A stretch of DNA of 64,000 bases from Eledone cirrhosa (lineage: Eukaryota). The notes beneath the pieces are model-generated. The model saw only the letters and a list, made by a program, of their open reading frames with translations. It was not told the origin of the DNA and did not search any database. Of this stretch, positions 38,480 to 50,710 are shown piece after piece. The stretch lies in the NCBI GenBank assembly GCA_964016885.1, contig OZ024753.1, positions 21,204,001-21,268,000 of the forward strand, written 5' to 3'. The stretch's first letter is position 1. Each line of letters starts with the position of its first letter. The translations under genes and the position numbers were made by a program.

Positions 38480-39156
38480 TGAGGGCAGTAGATTCAGGGC
38501 AGTAATTAGTAGGGTGTCAGACACTTTGCAGCAGTTACGGCTCTTTATGTTCTAAGTTCAAATCCTGCCAAGGTTAACTTTGCCTTTCATCCTTACTGGG
38601 TTGATAAAATAAAGTACCAGTAATACACTAGGTTCATTAATCAACTTTACCCTCTCCCAAATTTGTTGTCCTTGTGCCTAAATCAGAAACCATTGGCAGT
38701 ATCGGTAGAGGGTCCGACGCCATGCTTTGACGCATAGAGTTACGGCCCTTGCCATTCTGAGTTCAAATCCCACCGAGGTTAACTTTGCCTTTCATCCTTA
38801 TGGGGTCGATAAAATAAAGTACCAGTAATACACTGGGTAATTGCTGTCCTTGTGCTAAAAGTAGAAACAATTATTATTATCAAGGTTAACTTTGCCTTTC
38901 ATCCTTACTGGGTTGATAAAATAAAGTACCAGTAATACACTAGGATTGGCAGTGTTGGTAGAACGTCGGACAACCTGCTTTGCAGCATAGAGTTATGGCT
39001 CTTTACATTCTGAGTTCAAATACCGCTGAGGTTAGCTTTGCCTTTCATCCTTACAGGGTCGATAAAATATAGTACCAGTAATTCCCACAAGTCGATTTAA
39101 TCAACTTTGCCCTTCCCTTTCAAATTACTGGCCTTGTGCCTAAATCAGAAACAAGT
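38480..39156 (+). mobile_element. Tandem SINE array (~4 units, two tail subtypes)
   Basis: Repeated family core. Confidence 0.88.
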
Positions 39157-39974
39157 ATTTAGTCTTTTCATTTTTTATTTTTATTTTCTTGATTTCTGAT
39201 ACATAACTGCTTATTTTAATATGTTAATCAGTTTATTAAACCATTCGAGCACCTTACTTAACTGAGCACCAAGTAAGCACTGTAAGGATGTCATGTGGGT
39301 GACATGACAAGGCACCCTGTCCACACTGTAAAGTGGTTATGGTACCACAATGAAGAGCACCCCATCCACACTGTAAATGTGGTTGGCATTAGGAAGGGGA
39401 TGCAACTGTAGAAACCATGCCAGAAACAGCTCTGTAGAAGCAATATATAGTCATCTAACTTGACTTGTCTTACAATGAGACTACTCGTCTAGCCCATGCT
39501 AACATGAAAAAATGGATGATTACATCATAATTATATTTTAGAAATTTTTCTTAATTTTCGAAAACAATCTTTTTAATAAATTCTTCCAAATGTTTGGTTA
39601 TTTTCAAAATTAATTGAAACACATAAACAGTATGATTCATTAGAAATATGATAATGAAAGGGTTAAGTTCAATTTTGATAGATAATCAATAAAAGAAGAT
39701 GAATGGAAATGATATATTGCGATATGATTTAGTTCAATTGATTAGCTGTTTTAGGAGAGGCTGACAGCATATTCAATTATCTTGAATTTTTGAGAATTAC
39801 TGTATATACTCGATTATAAGTTTATTCCAATATAAGCCAACCCCCACCCTGTTTTTTATAAGCCAAGGCTTATATTTGAGGTTCTGAAAGTGGGCGCTAC
39901 TGCCCCCGGGCGGCTTGAGAAGGTCCAGAGGGGCAGTAGAGATGATATAATAGTATATTAAATATCAAATGTTA

Positions 39975-40458
39975 CATCATCATCATCATTTTACGTCCCC
40001 TTTTGCAAGGGTGGGACCGGTCCTATTCAGCACAGCATCATGGTCCTTCGTCATCTCCTCTGTGAGCTTCAGTGATCTAAGGTCAGCTCTCACCACCTCT
40101 GCCCATGATTTTCGTGGTCTTCTTCTACTGCATCTTCCTTCCACTGGGATTACTTGGCACTTCTTCACCTAGCGGTCAACTTCCATGTGCATCACATGGC
40201 CATATCAACATAGTCTTCTCTCCTGCACACTACAGTTTCACTTGGTCATTCAAGCACATTGATATTACATATCCATTGAAGCATGCGTGTTTCATTTCTC
40301 TCTAGCTGTTGCATATCCTCCACAGTTGCTGCCCATGTCTCACTACCATGTAGCATCGCACATCTGACAGGCATCATACAACCTTTCGTTTGTAGGGAGG
40401 AAGCAGCTCCCTGCATTGTCAAGAGAGGAAGCAACTCCCTAAACTTCTTCTATCCTGT
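39975..40458 (-). mobile_element. RTE LINE 3' fragment
   Basis: Same family as 33572-34160. Confidence 0.85.
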
Positions 40459-40574
40459 CACTAAGAGATTGTTTTACCATATAAGTGGGTTCAAAATCAG
40501 ATTTGTGGATCAGCAGCATGTGCTCAAGCTGATATCTTCCCCACTACTAAAGAGAACTATAGTAACTGACCTGT

Positions 40575-41912
40575 AGCACGTATGAATAGAGGGAAGCACG
40601 TGCACCTACAGGAGAAGGCAACCACTCTACATCACCTTCATCAACTTCACGAAGGCATTCTATCTAGTTAGTAGAGACAGCTTGTTCAAGATCCTTGTTG
40701 GGATTAGTTGTCCTCCAAGACTTCTTAGGATAGTCCAGTCGTTTCATTGCGATATGAAAGGTGTCGTTCAATTTGATGGCTCTTCTTTGGAGGCATTTAA
40801 CATATGCAGTGGTGTGAGATAGGGCTGCATGCTAGCCCCCACTCTGTGTGGCACCTTTTTCGCAGTGATGCTAAAACATGCATTTGGACAGTCAACTGAA
40901 GGTGTCATGCACACCAGATCAGACAAGAGGCTGTTTAGTTAGTCAAGGCTGAAAGCAAAATCCAAGGTTCGCCAGGTACTAATCAGAGAAATGCTGGCAG
41001 CACACTATGAGGAGCAAATGCAGCACATCATGAACAACCTCTCGATGGCCTGCCAGGAATTCAGCCTGACCATTAGTATGAAGAAAACCAATGTACTGAG
41101 CCAAAGTGTCAAGCACTGCCTCACCACCACCATCAACAACTATGAGCTGGAGGTTGCCTATGAATTCATCTATCTTGGCTCTACCATCACTGACAACCTC
41201 TCCCTGGACCCCAAGATCATCAGGAGAGTTGGTAGAGCAACCTCCACATTTGCCAGGCTGACAAAGAGAATCTGGGAGAACAGGAAACTAACCACAAACA
41301 CCAAGATTGATGTCTACAAGGTGTTTGTCCTCAGCTCACTACTTTACGGCAGCAACACATGGAGTCTCTATTCCAGACAGGAGCAGCATCTCAATGTTTT
41401 CCAACTTTGTTGCCTGTGACGCATTTTGGATATCAAGTGGACTGACCGGGTCACCAACACTGAAGTCCTCAACCACACCAAGATACCCAACATTTACACC
41501 TTGCTCAAAGAACATCGTCTGTCCTGGCTCAGTCATGTACATCAAATGCCAGACGGAAGGATCCCAAAAGACCTACTATATGAGGAACTGGCCCCCGGCA
41601 CAAGAACACGAGGACGACCTCATCTTCACTTCAAAGATGTCTGCAGGAGAGATATGAGGTCAATAGACCTGACAGCCAGAGATTGGATGAGGTTGCTAAT
41701 GATTGTTCATGATGGAGATGTATACTGCACAGAGAGATGGGACTGAGGGGAAAAGAAACTGAAACTTGCCTCCGAGGAAAAGTGTGCTCGAAAAAAGAAC
41801 AACACAGTTGTAGCAGAGGAGAGCATCTGCAAATTTAGTCGCTGTATACAGGACTGCCACTCCTGTGTGGCTTTGTACAGCCACAGCAGATGGATGCCAA
41901 TAACAATAATAA
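40575..41912 (+). mobile_element. RTE LINE (different lineage, BovB/RTE-1-like) RT and C-terminus, decayed
   Basis: FTKAF, GV.*GCMLAPTL, FIYLGS, LLYGSNTW, DGRIPKDLLYEEL..RGRP, terminal Cys/His cluster, (TAA)n tail. Confidence 0.88.
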
Positions 41913-42127
41913 TAATTGTTTCTGGCACAAGACCAGCAATTTGAAGAAGAGGGGAAAGTTAATTAAATCAACCCCAGTGCATTACTGGTACTTTATTTTA
42001 TCAACCCAATAAGGATGAAAGGCAAAGCTAACTTCAGCGAGATTTGAACTCGGAACGTAAAGGGCCAAGACTCTATGCCGTGAAGCTTGTTGTCTGACAC
42101 TCTATTGATACTGCCAATCCACTGCCC
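41912..42127 (-). mobile_element. tRNA-derived SINE directly downstream of the Tx1 tail
   Basis: Family core and boxes. Confidence 0.85.
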
Positions 42128-42130
42128 TCA

Positions 42131-45100
42131 ATAATAATAATAATAATGATTTCATTTATTAGCCACAAGGGCCGACATGTAGGGGACAATACAAAGACAG
42201 GGACAGTGGGGGTTTACAATAAGGTCGAGTAAAAGTGCATAATGGCAAGACTAATTTAACAATGAAGATATAAAAAATATAAAATAAACTATGCATAAAT
42301 ATAACAAAATAAATTCCCCGATAGGGGGTGGACGACCCTGGGATGACTCGGGTACCCCACCAATCCTGAACCACTCTGCTTCTAAGGGACCCAGGGAGAG
42401 CACCCCTCTCCTCAAGTTAGCTAGCCTATAGGCGCATGGTCAGAGTAGGCCTATTCACACGGGCCATTCTCGCCACATTCACCCACCTTTTAGCAAATGT
42501 ACTAGAGGGCAGCACTTCTCTCTCCACCCTCACCTTCCTTTCCAGGTGAAACTTGAAGAAGTTGATGAGGGATTGGCCGAAGAGAAAAGTGTCTGTCTTA
42601 AGTCCTTTTAATCTGGGCCACAATATAACCTCTTTCGCAACTGCCACCAGAGAGAGGAAAATTTCCTGCTCTTCCTGACCTAAGGAAGGTGGCGGCTCGA
42701 TCTTCACTATGGACTCGGCCGATAGCTGGATTCGTTCCACACGCGACAGTAGCTGTTCGATATAACTCCACAAGTCAGTAATGCATGGACATTGGACAAG
42801 TGCGTGCAGGACGGTTTCGTCGTTCTGTGCGCATCTTGGGCAGGTCCGTCTGACAGCACTTCCGTGCCTGTAGAGTTTATCCCAAACCGGTAGTGCCCCC
42901 CGGTAACACTGCCAAGCGAGGGATTTCTGGAAATTGTCCATCGTCCCCGGTTCGAAAGTCCTCCGGTACAGACTGGTCAGTTTGACTTCATCGAGGCCCA
43001 AAGCTTCTCTGAGTGCGTCATCGCACTTGCCCACCACTAATCCTCTATAGAACTCGAGAGTGGAAGTTCCACTGATCGCATTGCCTGCTTGGTAGAGGGC
43101 AATGCGATCAGTTGGTGCCAGTCACCCAGTCCCGGTCCCTTCTTGACCCAGGACTGCAGCTCAGTCAAAGAAACAAGCTGTGGAAAGGCCCATCTGATAA
43201 ACGGCGACCACACTCGTTCACCATTTAGGCAGAATATCTGGAGATGTCGCAGCCTCAACACATGTCTGCACATCATTAGTCACGGTATGCCCAGCCCTCC
43301 ACGTAGAGGGTGTTGGCAGCAGATGGACCGCCTCACCAACGGAACTTGTCGCCTCTACAAGAATTTGAAGAGGAGCCGTTCCAACTTGACGAGGTGCGGA
43401 CGGGGTCAAGGCACGACGGTCAGGCCGTATTAGATGACGGACGAGATGTACGCATTCGCCACCTCCACCCGACCTTTCAGTGATAGCTTGCTCCCAGCCC
43501 ATTTTTGTGTGAGACTGGCCACTCTGCTCGTTACCCAATTCTTTTACACCTGGAGGTCTGGTCCGAACCAAACTCCGAGCAACTTTACCGGTCCGTCTGT
43601 CCAGCGCCCCACAACACTATTGGACGGCATGGGCTTGCCTCTCCAGGTTCCGAGCTGCAAGCCCACTGACTTTTCCGGGTTAAGTTTGGCTCCTGTCAAC
43701 CTTTCATATTCCTTCAATAAGGTGCCGACCACCTCGATTTCTGAGGTGTTCGACACAATCACGGTGATGTCGTCCGCATAAGCCGACACCGCCTTTCCAC
43801 GTCTCGGTTCAAGCGGTAAAGGTTCGAGAGTCAATACGTACAGAAGGGAAGAGAGAGGGCATCCTTGACGGACCGATCGGGAGAGCCAAAATGGTTCCGA
43901 GAGGTGGCCATTAACCTTGACCACCGAGCATGTGCCGCTGTGCATTGCAGCGATCCAGCTTCTGAAGACAGGGCCGAAGCCAGCTGCTTTGAGGACAAAC
44001 TCCAGATATCGATGGTCGATCCTATCGAATGCTTTCGATTGATCTAAATTGATCAGTGCCCCACGGAAGCCAGGTTTACACCCTACCCTCTCTATGATGT
44101 ATCGCATGAGGTGGAGATGGTCGTGTACGGACCTGGCTAGGATTGCACAAGTTTGTGCCTCTCCAACCAAATCCTCGACGACAAACACCAATCTCTTTGC
44201 TAACTCTGTGTTGAGCAGAGTTATGGGCCTGAAGTTGTCTAATGTATCCCTCTTGCTCTCGTCTTTCCTTATCAGCGTCACCACTCCCCTGCCCACAGAA
44301 CTGGGAATACCCCCATTCTGCTGCCAGTTGCACTAGAGTGCTTCGAGGAGATCGGAGAACAAGTCTGGTATATTTACGTAAAGCTCGTAGGGCAGCCCAT
44401 CCAAACCGGGTGACTTGTGCCTCATGCAGTCGACAAGGGCGTCCTGAATTTCGGCTGAAGTAATCGGCCTTTCGCAGCGCTCAGCGTCGACCGTTGAGAT
44501 GCGCGGCAAGCCGTCAAGGTAGGGACTGAAATCCGCTACTCTCCCCGAACAACCGAGCAAAGTACTGGCGAAAGGCCTCACACATCCGCTTGGAATCACT
44601 TATCTCATGTCCGTCTCAGTCCGCCAAAGACTGAATTGTGGTTTTATTACCATGCTACACCTCCGCCACGCGGGCTCATCGAACAGCTTTGGTGCCCTCG
44701 TTTCTCAGCGCACACGCCTTAGCTCTGACAATGCAACCTTCATGTTTCACATTGAAGAAATGGTCTAATGCCATTCTTGCCGCTAGCACGTCAGTTGCAA
44801 TGCCACTACAAATAGCCTCATCTAACTTACCTACCAGCTCCCCCTCTTTTCTATTTTTCTCTAATGCTAGTTCGTTGCTGAACTCTATCGAAGTTACTCT
44901 AATCTCTCTTCTGAGAGCCTCCCACCATCTGTTGTTGATGATCCCTCCTGTCAACTTTTGCTTAACTAAATTGTTGACTCGGTCCCTGTAAGCCTTACGT
45001 GTCGGAAATGACATGTTCAGCTTCCAGTAACCCGGTCCCAACCTACACGTTTTATCTAGGTCGACCATACAGATCACAAATTTGTGATCTGAATAGGCGA

Positions 45101-47945
45101 CCGTTTTAAAAAGTGGGCAGCCTACACTATTTCTATCTATTTTCCTAATGAATATCCTGTCTATATACGATGTAGATGACCCCATTCGGCTGGTCCATGT
45201 CCATACTGGCACATTGGGGAAGTTAGTCGATACCTGTCAGACAGTTGGAACTGGTTGAGTAGGTGCTTGAGGCTTTTGCACCACCCGCTCCTATCAGCTA
45301 CTCCCCCACAATCCCAACGTGCATCTAAGATGCCATTCCAGTCCCCCACTAACAGTAAAGGGCGAGACGTACCCAGAAAGATCTCCAGGCACCTAAAGAA
45401 GTCCGGTCATCCAGCCCCTGTATGGGCGTAGGCGGCCAACAGTCTAAAGGCACCACCTTCGCTACTGCTCACATCCAAGACCACCAACTTACCGTCCGGG
45501 TCCCGGAAGATCGACCTTACCTCGAGATCCAGTCCTTTCCTAAACAGCACTGCCACCCCACCTCCCATTACAGGCCTGCTAACAGATGCGAAGATCTGAT
45601 AGTCGTCGAAAATGGGGGCTAGTGCGCGCGTGTCGGAAATTCTGGTCTCGCTGACGGCAATCACATCCATTTCCAGCTACGTGAGGTCGTTGAGCAGGCG
45701 ACCCTGCTTCCAGGGTGACCCCAGGCCGCGAACATTTAAACTTCCTACTCTTAATATGGCCATGTTGGCAAGCTAAAAGAGAGAGGAAAGGTTTACTTAC
45801 CTCCCGGGGTCTTGTGAAGGTCGGGTTGTTCAACCTCCATGGTTGGTGGGGTTTCTTTTGGGAGCCCCTTTAAAAGACTCGATGTGGGTTTCACATTCGG
45901 GGTTCCGACGTCTTGAGGAAAGCTCTCCCGAATTTCTTTGAAGGAATCGAGTGCATTTGGACCAGAAGCAAATCTTCTGGCACGCAAAATATGCTCATTT
46001 CAAAAATCTCCCCCTCTGTTTGAATGTCCTCGCTTCGTGCTAAGAGGGCCATCAGTTTATCATTGGCCCTTCTGACAAGCACGAGGTTTTTAACATTTTG
46101 TTGGTGTGGTTTTATTTTTTTTCGTTTTGGTGACTGTTGTGGTGATGGTTTTGGTGGTGGTGTTTCGGGTATGTCTGTGTTTGTTATAGGTGTGGTGTCT
46201 GCAATTTCAGGTATTTGTGTGTTTATTTGTACTTGTGTTTGTTTAGGTTGTTTGCGTTTCGGGGATTGTGGAGGTGGTGTCGATGTTGCTGTTGGTGCTG
46301 ATGTTATTGGGGAAGTGTTTGCGTTAGTGGTGTCTGTATTTTTTGTTGTGTGTTTTTGTGTTTTGTTGGGGCTTTTCTTTGGTGAGTTTTCTCTGTTTTT
46401 TTGCACTTTTGGGTTTTCCTTCATCTTCGCTGCTGGAAGACAAAGGGTCTGTGGCTGTGAGTGTCTCTGTGTCTGTGTGTGCCTTTATTGTTTTGTCTAT
46501 GTGTATAATTGGGGGGGGTAGGGGGAGTGGGAGAGCTTTCCTCGTTTTCCCCTTGGATTGGTTTCGGTGTTGGTGGTGGTCCGGCTGTTTTTGATGTTGG
46601 TGTCCATGTCTTTGTTGGTGTTGTTTTTGGTGGTGGTGGTGCAGCTTTCCGTGCTGACACTGGCGTTGGCAACAAAGGAGGTTTGCGACCTCCTGCATTT
46701 TTGCGCTGAGGGCAGAAGGCTTGCAGATGCTTTTCTTCCCCGCAGACGAAGCAGTGTGGCCTTCTTCCCTCAGTGATTAGTTGGATTGTTGTCCCATCCT
46801 GCAGGCGGGCAAAATCCGGGATGTTGTTCATGTCCTCCAGTTTCATTTGGAGAAGCATCTCCAAATCCATTCCGAACCAGTCTTCTCTCTCTGTCCTTTT
46901 GATATCCAGGAGGTTAGTGTCTGTCCCCTCCTCGATTACACATCCCAGCAGCCACCATATGTTCATTCCTGGTGGGATGCTGGGAATGCGGACCTTTACT
47001 GTCCGTTTACCCATGTAGGACGGGTGCATGATAATGCGTTCCGTTCTGCAGGGGGTCACCGAGTGCTTAATAGCAAGGGCCTCGGTTTTGAACAGTACCA
47101 AGATGGTACCGAACTGTTTGGCTCTTGCTTTATACTCTATGTCACTTCCGATGCACTCCAAAGCAGCCTCGACCTCTGCTTGGCTGGCAAGTTCCACTTT
47201 TCGTGTCTGCACCGAAATGCATCGAAAATACACCGTCCTCCTTTGCATGGCCGCTATTGTCTCGTCCGGGATGGTCAGGTTTGCCCAGGACTTCTCCCGT
47301 TTAATTAGCCTCCACGCCTGGGCCAACTGTTCATCTTTATCACTAATATCAATATTCAATAAGCGCTTTCTTTTTGCTGCTGCTGCAGCAAATGTGGTGC
47401 CTCTGTTGCTTTTGTTGTTGGTGTTGTCGTTCTTGCTGTTGTTATTGGTGTTGTTGTTTTGTTTGTTGTTGCTGTTGCCACCGCCATCCATGTTTACATT
47501 GAAGCTGTCGGTCTTATTGTCGTTGTTGCTCTGAGTTGTTGTTGTTGTTGTGGTGGTGGTGGTGGTGATGTCGTTTTCAGATGATATTGCTGCTGACACA
47601 GAAGGTTGTGATGGTAGCTTTTGAGTTTTACCTTCACATTCAGTGGAGTGGATGACAGACATGTCTGTAGCCGTCGTAGTTGTGGTGAAATCTACAGTGG
47701 CTGCTTTTGAACTTTTGACCTGAACGTTGTTTGCCGTTTCAAGATCAAAAATTTTTTTCGAAGTTTTTTAAAATAAATCTGAATATTCGGGCTTAAAGCC
47801 CAAATATTGAGAGGTATCCCTTCCTTGAAACCAAGGTAGGTACCTTATGTTTCATTAACGACAAGAAAATACCAAAAAATGATACTTTAAAACAGCTTAA
47901 AGTTACAAACCTTTTCCCCCGCAGACTTGTCCGTCTTCACACATG
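42131..47945 (-). mobile_element. Near full-length Tx1-type (L1 clade) LINE, pseudogenised
   Basis: ORF1 47662 to ~45793 with zinc knuckle CFVCGEEKHLQAFC; ORF2 45763-42426 with APE (NVRGL, AVSET, GDWN, YIDR, SDH), RT (KSPGLDG, FRPITLLN, DQSKAFD, VRQGCPLS, YADD) and CPRC..ETVLHALVQC; (ATT)n tail. Confidence 0.93.
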
Positions 47946-47967
47946 TGTGTCTATAATATAACTATCC

Positions 47968-48695
47968 ATAATAATAATAATAATAATGATTTCATTTATT
48001 GGCCAAAAGGGCCGACATATAGAGGACAATACAAAAGACTGGGACAGTGGGTTTTACAGAAAAATCAAGTAAACAATATGAATCACAATAACAAAGACAC
48101 AAGAAAATTACAACAAGAAAAAATTCCCCACTAGGGGGGGATGACCACCCAGGGTTCGCTCAGGTACTCCACCAATCCTGAACGACCCGACGCTTCGAGA
48201 GCACCCTGGAAGGGCACCCCCTCTCCTCCTCAAATTTACCTACCTACAGCCGCATGACCAGAGTAGGCCCACTCACACGGGCCATTCTCGCCACATTCAC
48301 CCACCTTTCAGCAAATGTACTGGGGGGCAGCACTTCTCTCTCCACCCTCACCTTCCTTTCCAAGTGAAACTTGAAAAAGTTGATGAGGGATTGGCCGAAG
48401 AGAAAAGTGTCTGTCTTCAGTCCTTTCAACCTCGTCCACCATACAACCTCTTTCGCTACTGCCACTAGACAGAGGAAAATTGCCTGCCCTTCCTGGCCAA
48501 AAGAAGGCGGTGGGTCGATCTTCACTATGGACTCGGCCGATAGTCGGATCTGTTCTACATGCGACAATAGCTGTTCAACATAACTCCACAAGTCAGTAAT
48601 GCACGGACACTGGACGAGTGTGTGCAGAACGGTTTCGTCGCTCTGCGCGCATCTCGGGCAGGTCCGTCTGACAGCCCTTCCATGCCTGTAGAGTC
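47968..48695 (-). mobile_element. 5'-truncated Tx1 copy, head-to-tail with the full-length copy
   Basis: Near-identical to 42131-42875; (ATT)n tail. Confidence 0.92.
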
Positions 48696-49171
48696 ATTCA
48701 GTAACTCTGAATCCTTTTTGTGGCAAAATTTTCTCTATTCCCCTGAATCTGGAGGTTTCTGTTAAAGATGGAATTAGTATTTCAGTAACTCTGAATCTTT
48801 TTTGTGGCAAAATCACAAAGTCAATATTGATGATTTCTTCTAAGATAAAATACCAAGATGGATATTTTTAGAAACAACCCCTTCCCCCTTGTCAACTCTA
48901 AGGTCATCCAACCTTTCAAACCAATCCCAGCTCGCCTTTGTTGCAATTTATAAGAGTGGCTTTCACCTTCTCCTTCTCCCCTCCCTCTTTCTCCCTCTCA
49001 TCCCCCTCTCTTTCCCTACTACTACCAGTCAAAACCAAAAAATCAAAACTATTACTTGTTAGCCAACAGAGAAAAAAAGACAAACATGGACAGAGATATG
49101 AACTCTCCTTTCAAAATATGTATGTAAAAATTAATAATTTTTCTTCCACTTTTTATTATTATTATTTGTAT

Positions 49172-49368
49172 AGGGCGGTGGATTGGCAGTATTGGTAGAG
49201 AGTCGGATGCCATGCTTTGCAACATAGAGTTACGTCCCTTTATGATCTGAGTTCAAATCCCGCCGAGGTTAACTTTGCCTTTCATCCTTACGGGGTGGAT
49301 ACAATAAAGTACCAGTAATGTACTGGTTAATTACTGGCCTTGTGCCAAAAGTAGAAACAATTATTATT
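49172..49368 (+). mobile_element. tRNA-derived SINE
   Basis: A/B boxes, core and tail. Confidence 0.9.
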
Positions 49369-49518
49369 ATATGGAACTTAACCATATTATGCATATCTGC
49401 AGTTGACAATGCATATAATGCTGAAACCGGTACCATTATTAGATGCAGAAATATCCTCTTTAGAAATAAATAAATGTTTTGATATTACACTAAAAGAATC
49501 TCTTCAGGTGGGAGGGAA

Positions 49519-49558
49519 TGTCCTGACGAAGGCCAGTTAAGCCTGAAATGCATAGATG
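49519..49558 (+). ncRNA. Minimal type-I hammerhead ribozyme
   Basis: TGTC-CTGACGA-AGGC/CAGTTAA/GCCT-GAAA-TGCA-TA-GATG; palindromic ATGCAT stem III. Confidence 0.72.
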
Positions 49559-49729
49559 GTTGTCCCCCTTGCTTCTGCTGGACATCACCAGAGGGCATTA
49601 GCCCCCCCTCCCCTCCCCGGTGTTTGCATAGCTACCGTATTTCTTTGGAGATACAAAATATTTATACATATTGTATAAAGCTATGCATGAAGCGAAATCC
49701 TATTTCTTTATATATATATATATATATTT

Positions 49730-49815
49730 GTGAAGGAGCATGGCTGAGTGGTTAGAGAATTGGATTCACAATTGTGAGGTTGTCCTTGAGCAAGACACTT
49801 TATTTCACGTTCCTC
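49730..49815 (+). mobile_element. Second tRNA-SINE family, fragment
   Basis: A-box TGGCTGAGTGGTTAG followed by TCCTTGAGCAAGACACTT. Confidence 0.55.
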
Positions 49816-50547
49816 CTTCTACCTGGAATTGTGACCAATAGATAGTATTAGCCATTTGAAAGAACAATGGAAACATTGTTTCCTCAGTCCAATTTGATGA
49901 GCTCCACCCCACTCGTTAAGTGAATGAGGTCTGGGATCTTGTCGATCAACTGTCGACATGATGGGGCCAATAATATTGTTAGAATTCAATGTGGCTTTGA
50001 AGAGATGGTTTCAGTGAGATTAGGCAGTGAAAGGTGCTCATCACATAAGATTCCCTCGAAGATTCTGCTCAAGTTACAGAATCATTTTCTATATATGTGT
50101 GTGAGTATTGAACAATGAAAACAATGAACTAATTAACAACCCATCTTTGACACAAATACATACAACAGGATTCCACACAGTTTCCGTATACCAAATTTCA
50201 CTCAAAAGGAAATGGTCAATTCATTCAAAAGACTGAGCCACAAATCAGCCAGTTGCAAAATTTACTCCTTAGAAATCTATCCATGCCAACATCTATAAAA
50301 TTATATGTTATAAATATAATTATGAAATGAATTATAATTAAATAATTAGATAATTATATGTTTATAAAATTAAATATAACTATACCATTATATACTTAAA
50401 TTATATAATTCTATTGAATAATTAAATATAATTATGTAATTAAAACATTATATATTTTTAACACATTATCGGTCACCTAAAACAATTTATAAAACTAGCT
50501 GTAATATATACCAAACCTGGCTATGCTAGCAAATTCCAGCAGCTTTT

Positions 50548-50710
50548 ACTGCTGCTGCTGGAGCTGTTGTTGTTGCTGCTGCTTCTTCTTCTTCTTCTTC
50601 TTCTTCTTCTTCTTCTTCTTCTTCTTCTTCTTCTTCTTCTTCTTCTTCTTCTTCTTCTTCTTTTTCTTCTTCTTCCTCCTCAGTCATCTTCTTCTTCTTC
50701 TTCTTCTTCT
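50548..50710. repeat. (CTG)n/(CTT)n microsatellite
   Basis: Seen directly. Confidence 0.95.

Noticed and set aside
37410-39156. CRISPR-like array or tRNA gene cluster
   Set aside because: Units are 130-200-bp SINE copies without unique spacers or a full cloverleaf; eukaryotic context
48697-48813. 34-bp direct repeat (also a ~55-bp tandem at 56758-56875)
   Set aside because: Two-copy local duplications with no further structure
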